This document shows, piece after piece, positions 57,869-64,000 of a stretch of DNA of 64,000 nucleotides. Location: positions 62,001-126,000 of the forward strand of contig OZ025800.1 of assembly GCA_964019425.1 (NCBI GenBank), written 5' to 3'. The translations under genes were made by a program, and so were the position numbers. The notes below the pieces were generated by a model, which saw only the letters and a program-made list of their open reading frames with translations, ran no database searches and was not told the DNA's origin. Position 1 is the first letter of the stretch. The number at the start of each line of letters is the position of its first letter. The DNA is from Flectonema sp. DT1601. Its lineage: Eukaryota.

Positions 57869-59641
57869 TCATGTTCTGATGTTTTGATTTCTCAATGAGA
57901 GAATAATCAAAGCCAAATAAGGATAAATAACCCACTCTGGTACTGTCGCAGCCCCCAGGGTGCTGCCAGCTACAGTTCCAACGATCGAACTCGCCCAATG
58001 AGAAGTGGATTTAACGAACTCAATATCAGCTCCCGAACTCGACCAGTACGGAAATCCAAACTGAGAACCAAATGCTCCCCCGAGTGACGACCCAATCACA
58101 CTTCCAATATAAATAGAAGAAGACTTCTTTAATGATTCCAGAGCGTGATAGACGTGGTTCGATATAGTTCGTGGTTTCCAATCATTGGCGATATATTTAA
58201 TTACTTTTGAGAAGACTACTAAAGCTGCCATACGAGGACCAGATATTTTCTTTTGACCAGTGCAAGTTAGTAAGTCTGCTACCGACTCTGCTATCGCAAG
58301 TGGAACTGAAGTACCACTGCGAACGCCTTCTATAATTCGAATGACAGCAAAAAGTAAAGGATGGACTTCTTCAAGCCATGAGCGAATACCTGCAGAGACA
58401 GCTATTTTAATCTTTTCTTTGTATGTTATCTTTTCATCGTGAAGTTGACCTAATAGTACACCAATAGCTACTAACATATGAGGTGATAAAGTGTGTATTT
58501 GATATTGAGAAACATGATCGCTATCTGATACCCCAACACTAGTAAACAACACACCACTGTATCTATTGACTGATACTAAACTTGCTCTCCCAGTTAAACT
58601 ACGAAGAGTTGTGACTGATGAAGTTCCAAGGAACTTATACGACGCAATCGTAGAACCAATTTGAGTTGCATTGTCTGCTGAAGTTATTGGTATAAAGTTA
58701 GCCATGTCATGGGGATGCTTAGTCTTAGCCCTTTGAGAGTAGAATCTTTCTTGTCCAACTGGAAATCTAAAATTGCTAATTAAATCACCACAGATCTTAT
58801 GAGATACAATATTATCTCCTGTTTTCAAAGATAAATCTTTAAAATTATGAATTCCCCCATCGTTGAAGGCGTGAACTGATACATCCCTCCTCGCCAATCC
58901 CAACTCAACAACTTCAGCTCCACCTTTTGAGTGTCCAGATGCTAGTCGTATAAAACCAATCGGTTTTGCGTATGAGATTACTTCCTTCTCTCCAAAGCGT
59001 CTTCCTTTTGGAATCAGAACAAAGTCACTCTTGCCGACTTCACTTTGAAAACCGATACAGTTCGATATATTTGTGCATCTTTCAAAAGCCTCTGATACGT
59101 CAGTAGTGGTACCTAAATCATTTAATCCCCTAATTGAAGTATCCCATCCTCTACCTGGTTGAACAGTATAACCAGATAAAGTATCCGCGTTGTGAGAAGT
59201 TTTAGAACAGTTCACGTCGTGGAAGTTGAGCAAGTCTTTTGCGTGAGGATTTAATTCAGGTGTCCCAGCTAATAAATATTTTAAATCCAACCATATATCA
59301 TAGGCTGTCGCTGTACCACGAGACACAGTCCAGGTTACTAAATGTGGTGTTGTAAGAGATGCAATAAACGCGAACCTATCAGTGACGTCTAATACGATTA
59401 GTTTTGGTAATGTCGAGTCTTGTTCTATTTTAGTTTGTAATACTGTCTTTCTTTCACTTGCTGGAAATTTGTTTAATTGGTATGCTAATTTTGCAAGTTT
59501 GGCACCAGTTGCCGCACTCGTATAAGGATCAACACCAGCCTCTAGCGATTGGAAAGTTTCAGGAGGCAGCATATCAATTTTAAAGAATCCATGATCCTTT
59601 ATTATTGAGTTGGTCTTTGTTATGTTCTCTTGACGAGCCAT
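57869..59641 (-). CDS. Class 3 lipase-like alpha/beta hydrolase with hydrophobic Gly-rich C-terminal region
   Basis: VSRGT...DIWLD, nucleophile elbow GHSKGG, HAFN, GDLIS (Asp) and PHDMANF (His). Confidence 0.78.
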   Translation of the reverse strand: MARQENITKTNSIIKDHGFFKIDMLPPETFQSLEAGVDPYTSAATGAKLAKLAYQLNKFPASERKTVLQTKIEQDSTLPKLIVLDVTDRFAFIASLTTPHLVTWTVSRGTATAYDIWLDLKYLLAGTPELNPHAKDLLNFHDVNCSKTSHNADTLSGYTVQPGRGWDTSIRGLNDLGTTTDVSEAFERCTNISNCIGFQSEVGKSDFVLIPKGRRFGEKEVISYAKPIGFIRLASGHSKGGAEVVELGLARRDVSVHAFNDGGIHNFKDLSLKTGDNIVSHKICGDLISNFRFPVGQERFYSQRAKTKHPHDMANFIPITSADNATQIGSTIASYKFLGTSSVTTLRSLTGRASLVSVNRYSGVLFTSVGVSDSDHVSQYQIHTLSPHMLVAIGVLLGQLHDEKITYKEKIKIAVSAGIRSWLEEVHPLLFAVIRIIEGVRSGTSVPLAIAESVADLLTCTGQKKISGPRMAALVVFSKVIKYIANDWKPRTISNHVYHALESLKKSSSIYIGSVIGSSLGGAFGSQFGFPYWSSSGADIEFVKSTSHWASSIVGTVAGSTLGAATVPEWVIYPYLALIILSLRNQNIRT

Positions 59642-59813
59642 CTGTTGGAGTTGACCCTTTGTTCTGTATGAAATAAATTAATGAAATGAAGAAGGAATAA
59701 CAGTCTCTGAACAGATATTATAATAATGTTATAAATCTATAGAATAGTCTAATCAAAAGACTTGTTGGAGTTCGTAAATGTAATCAGCCGAAGGAAAGTA
59801 AAAAAGGGAATTC

Positions 59814-60366
59814 TTATGAGTCGGCGTCATTGGTTTCCTCCTTATTTTTTGTTTTTTGAATTCGCTTTCGCAGTACTTTCTTTTTTTGTTGTTTTGCGGA
59901 GGACTTTTCTTTTTCTTCTTCTTCTTCAACTAGCCGAGCGAACCATCCTTTTCTTTCAAACTGTGGGACAGCAGGTAAGTAGGCGCACATACACTCACGA
60001 AGGGTTTTTACCAGAAAACAGAGTCCAACTAACCCAATTTGGTTTGGGATGTATCCAAGATTGGCGCTGTGGGTAATTTGCTAATAAGAAGACCAACCAA
60101 CTTGACTACAAAAACCATTCAGATAGTAAACAGTAAGCTCTATATCTAATCGCAGACCGTAATAGATCTGAATAGTCTTCTCCGACTTCGTCGTTGCTGA
60201 AAAAAAAAAAAAAAAAAAAAAAAGAAAAAAAAAGTATTTCATACCACGTCACCAGAGTCACTGATACGATAGTAACAAACACCCACCACTTTTGCTTCCG
60301 AGGTAACTCCTCTGCTGTCGGTTTGGGAGGTCGAGGAGCCACCTTTTTACTCAGCCACATAAACAT
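59814..60366 (-). CDS. Hidden 2-exon gene for a 124-aa two-TM protein with a charged tail
   Basis: Exon 60366-60245, intron 60067-60244 (GTATGA..CCCACAG, phase 2) and exon 60066-59814 give MFMWLSKK...WWVFVTIVSVTLVTCANLGYIPNQIGLVGLCFLVKTL...EEEEEKEK...NDADS*. Confidence 0.7.
60110..60233. repeat. Dispersed repeat B, copy 2 (inside the predicted intron 60067-60244)
   Basis: Similarity to 47801-47945 including the terminal poly(A). Confidence 0.75.
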
Positions 60367-60730
60367 TTTAGAAAGTGTTTGACTGCCCTGTTTGAATGAG
60401 CTACAATATAATTGATCAAAACAAAACTATTTCAATCAAATCCTCCCTAAAGAATAATTACGTTTAACGTGTGAAAAAAAGTAAAAATAATATTAATAAT
60501 AGTTTAATAAAGCTTATTTATTAAACTTAAATAATAAACTTTTAGTTACTATTATTATGTAAGGCTCAAATGAGAAGGCTGAAAATTTATTTCAAAAAAG
60601 ATTTTCAGCCTTCTTATCTAAGAAACGTGTATAAAAAAATGTTTAAATGAGCAAAAAAACAATAAAAAAAGAGGGTTAAATTTTTTTAATGCAATTAACA
60701 AACAAATACTAAAAAAGAACATTAGAAACA

Positions 60731-62823
60731 CTAATCTATCTTTATATATGAGTAAATCGAGACGATGAACATCCAAGAGGCAAAAAATCCACAAATCGCC
60801 ACCAATATTGTTAAAGAAAGAGCACTAACCAAACAGAATGAGCAATAGACTATAAAGCCAGTCCAAGAACTAACTTTTAAAACAGTGCAGTAATACGACA
60901 CACAATAAGCTAGATAATAAATACCCATTCCTGAAGACGCAAACATGCTTCTCCACCACCACTGATGATCTTCATTAAGTAACAAATGATAAATATAAAC
61001 AACAACAGTAAGAGCTACTGTCACAATAACGACAGCGAACACAAGAGACAAGAACCCGAACACATAATAAACCTGACCCTGTTTTTTTTTTTTTTTTTTG
61101 ATTATTTTTCTTTATTTTTTGACCTTCTTTTTTAATCAAACGAGACATACCTGCCAAATTGCCCTCATCAAAAGACGGATTTCGACGTGTGCAGCAGCAT
61201 ACGGAACTAGTCCAGGAAGCTGTTTTTTTATTTAAGTAAAAGAAAGCCATTCGTTCTTTGTCAAATAAAATAACTAAAACAAGTCATACGAAAATAGTCG
61301 GAATAATGTGAAAGATCCATTTCCGAGATGGAATGCGTCGTTCCAGTTCATTAAAACGTAAAGGGATTTCTACTGGTCGACGAAATGCGTAAGCTGCACC
61401 GAAAAAAGCAAGTGGAATACTTGTCCCAAACCACGACAGCAGAATTACAAATGCAACTTTCAGTGTGACAGCGTTCGATGCACCGTGCACTGATAGAAGT
61501 ATTTCGCAGAATCCCCAAATTACAAAACAGAATCCTGGGAACACCGTCGCTGATTTGACGACTGTCGGCCAAGACTTGCAATGGAAGAGAGCCAAGAATC
61601 TTCCAGTTGTGTATCCATTTAGTATAGACATTGCGACAAACAATGAAATAGTTGTAGTCACAACTGCTCCTCTGTAAGAAGGAGATAAGAAACCGAACAT
61701 AGCAGCAGAGAGTACTGTTCCTCCCATCCCAACTAGCTGCGCACCAGTTCCTATTATTCCAGCAAACAGTTCCGGGTGAGGAGGTGGTCTGAAAACATCT
61801 CCTGCAATCCACTTCCATCCAGTCACGTCTTGATCTTCACCGTCTTCATGATATCTGTTTTATTAATATATTTATGTGTTACAATACCTTAAGAAGACTC
61901 TCTAATAATACATACCTGTCAATATCTCTACGTAGTGTTCTCATAAGTATTAATATGACCATACTACTTAAACATAACAACACAAGAAGTGATTGAGTTA
62001 TTAATCTCCAATGAGGAGCTGCTTCCGAAGCAGCACCAGTGTTTTGAAGATAATAATCCCAACGAGTTCCCCATGCTGATGCTGGTTTTTCTATCCAAGA
62101 TACGGAGTAGGTCCAGTGGATTTGTTTTGAAGATGTTGTGTTTGAGTCAACAAAGAGACGACCAGTGTTTTTAGAACAGTCTGGTTTTCGAATAGAACGA
62201 GGGAATACTTCAAACCCAACGATAATGATTGAGTCGTTGGAAATATAATTATAATGAATACTAAAGTCATGATGATTATGTAAGAATACTTTATCATCTT
62301 CACATCCTCCAATTGAGGCTCCGCGAACTTCCGGTGCTGATCTCAACGGATTTCGATCATCTTTACAAAACTTTTTGATAGCCATTCCTCTCGCGGCATC
62401 TGAAGCTATCAAAGGAAGGTTATCCAAGACCATATTAGTTCTGTATCCTCTTCTTATAAATTCATTGAACTTTCTAATTGATGCAGCAGATAATATATCC
62501 TCACCAGGAGAACACGTTAGTTTCTTACAACTTTCATTCTTCATGATGTTGAATTCATAAAGAGAGGACTCAAGAAGATCACCTTTTAACATCATTCCGA
62601 CATTCACTTTTGACGAGTCTCTTTCAAGTTGATCAGCTCTGCAATATTGTAAAGAATAGTATTCGAAAGGAATGATAGCGTCAACGGATGTGAGTGAGTT
62701 TACTTCTGGTATTGCGATGTGTTTTCCAGTGATGTTCCATGTCTTTAATTCCATTACCGAGTACCCAACACCTTGATTGGGTAGGACCACCACCAACATT
62801 ACTGTTGTTAGTATTGAATACAT
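60731..62823 (-). CDS. TM9SF: Transmembrane 9 superfamily (nonaspanin/EMP70) protein, 4 exons
   Basis: Exons 62823-61916, 61854-61290, 61219-61151 and 61078-60731, all in phase. Motifs PFEYYSL, MVLDNLP, WGTRWDYY, RTLRRD, GWKWIAGDVFRPP, EDHQWWWRS and C-terminal IKID. Confidence 0.93.
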
Positions 62824-63058
62824 TTTATTTTATATCTTTGTTGTTGTTGTTGTTTTTTAAAACAAAAGTAATTCACAACTACTTTACAAGCATTTCCGTT
62901 AACTAATTGGTAACAAAAAGGTTGTCTGGAGAGTCAGGTCAGGGTGAGAGATTGACTCACGTTTTGAGCAAGATAACAAGATAGTTATTTTATTGAGAGA
63001 ATAAGAACGAAACAAAAGATTTATTTTTCCTAACAAATAATTTTAATAAGAACACCGA

Positions 63059-63985
63059 CTAATTCAGGACAGCTCCATTAGCTTTCAGAATCTCAACTAG
63101 CTCTTCGTGTGACTCTTCTTTAGCTATGAGGATTGGTTGATGATTTCCGAGAGTGTTATTGACGTCAGCCTTGTAAGAAATTAACAATTCGACTATCTTA
63201 CTGTGATTGTATTTTGAAGCAATACAGAGAGCAGAGTTCCCACTATTATCAATTTGATTAACCTTAGCAGACTTCTTAAGTAATAATTCAACCACCTCAA
63301 TGAAACCATTCTCAACTGCAAATAGAAGTGCACTACGACCTTCATCATTAAGGAAATCAACAATAGCTCCATTCTCAATTAGCATTTCAACAGCTTCCAG
63401 TCGTCCGTTAGTCGCAGCAACTTGCAATGCTGTTACTTTTTGAACCACATAATTCACATCAGCTCCAGCCTTAATTAGTTCTTCCAAAATGCTAACGTAT
63501 CCCAATTTAGATGCAGCGACTAGTGGAGTACAAGGAACAGATCCTCCGTAGTCAGGTTTAGCACCACTTCTAAGTAGTTCTTTAACCACTCCAACGCTAG
63601 AAGCCTGAGATGCTATTAATAAAGGAGAATAACCTTCTATATTCATTCCATTAACGTCAGCTCCTCCTTCAATTAGAATCTTGAGAGCTACTTCATCACC
63701 ACCTGATGAGGCAATCGTTAGAGGAATACCACTGTAGTATACCTGCTGGTTTGGATTAGATCCGTGTGCGAGTAATTGTTTTATTATTTCATGTCTCCCT
63801 TCTTTAACAGCCATCGCCAATGGAGTGAGGTGTATTCTGGTATCAAAATCGTCAGGTTCGACTCCCGCATGAATATACGAGATCACTAAATCTCCTCCAG
63901 CTTTAACCTCTGCTACCAAATTTGCTGAAGTTGGTTCTTTGTCACCAAGTCTTCGTAAGGCAATTGCTTTTTCCGATTCCTCCAT
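63059..63985 (-). CDS. Ankyrin-repeat protein
   Basis: About 8 repeats of the TPL/SAL-xxA...G...V..L...GA.VN pattern. Confidence 0.92.
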   Translation of the reverse strand: MEESEKAIALRRLGDKEPTSANLVAEVKAGGDLVISYIHAGVEPDDFDTRIHLTPLAMAVKEGRHEIIKQLLAHGSNPNQQVYYSGIPLTIASSGGDEVALKILIEGGADVNGMNIEGYSPLLIASQASSVGVVKELLRSGAKPDYGGSVPCTPLVAASKLGYVSILEELIKAGADVNYVVQKVTALQVAATNGRLEAVEMLIENGAIVDFLNDEGRSALLFAVENGFIEVVELLLKKSAKVNQIDNSGNSALCIASKYNHSKIVELLISYKADVNNTLGNHQPILIAKEESHEELVEILKANGAVLN

Positions 63986-64000
63986 AGTAATTTGATCATT

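Noticed and set aside
1984..62560. Short plus-strand and alternate-frame ORFs overlapping the long genes
   Set aside because: These are shadow ORFs of real minus-strand CDSs with no independent evidence.
1..64000. tRNA, rRNA or snoRNA genes, and prokaryotic operon or defence-system interpretations
   Set aside because: I saw no cloverleaf, rRNA or properly spaced C/D box pair by eye (a covariance search was not possible), and spliceosomal introns plus E1 and TM9SF genes show the DNA is eukaryotic.

Overview
Eukaryotic, AT-rich genomic window, most consistent with a euglenozoan such as a diplonemid (inferred from gene organisation and protein families, not proven). All 18 supportable protein-coding genes lie on the minus strand, several with short GT-AG introns, separated by long poly(A)/poly(T)-rich spacers. 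The genes encode: a four-domain EEEE voltage-gated Ca2+ channel (missed by the ORF track, truncated by the window edge); a 3-exon TM/coiled-coil/SH3-like protein; an EEP phosphodiesterase; a Plus3 protein; an amidase; a carrier-like protein; a TM-MYND protein; a receptor-type cyclase-like protein; an SMC with a ~980-aa N-terminal extension; a ubiquitin E1; a lipase-like protein; TM9SF; an ankyrin protein; and several unknowns, including a hidden 2-exon gene. The standout is at 48570-53408, where four ORF-track entries splice in frame into one ~1490-aa protein: degenerate ammonium transporter, linker helix, intact ammonium transporter, HAMP-like helices and a catalytically degenerate class III cyclase domain. 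This is a candidate eukaryotic ammonium transceptor. The window also holds a decayed Sola-like TIR transposon, two unclassified dispersed repeats, and an apparent A-rich versus U-rich split between internal and gene-start splice acceptors. All exon models were derived by hand and lack transcript support.
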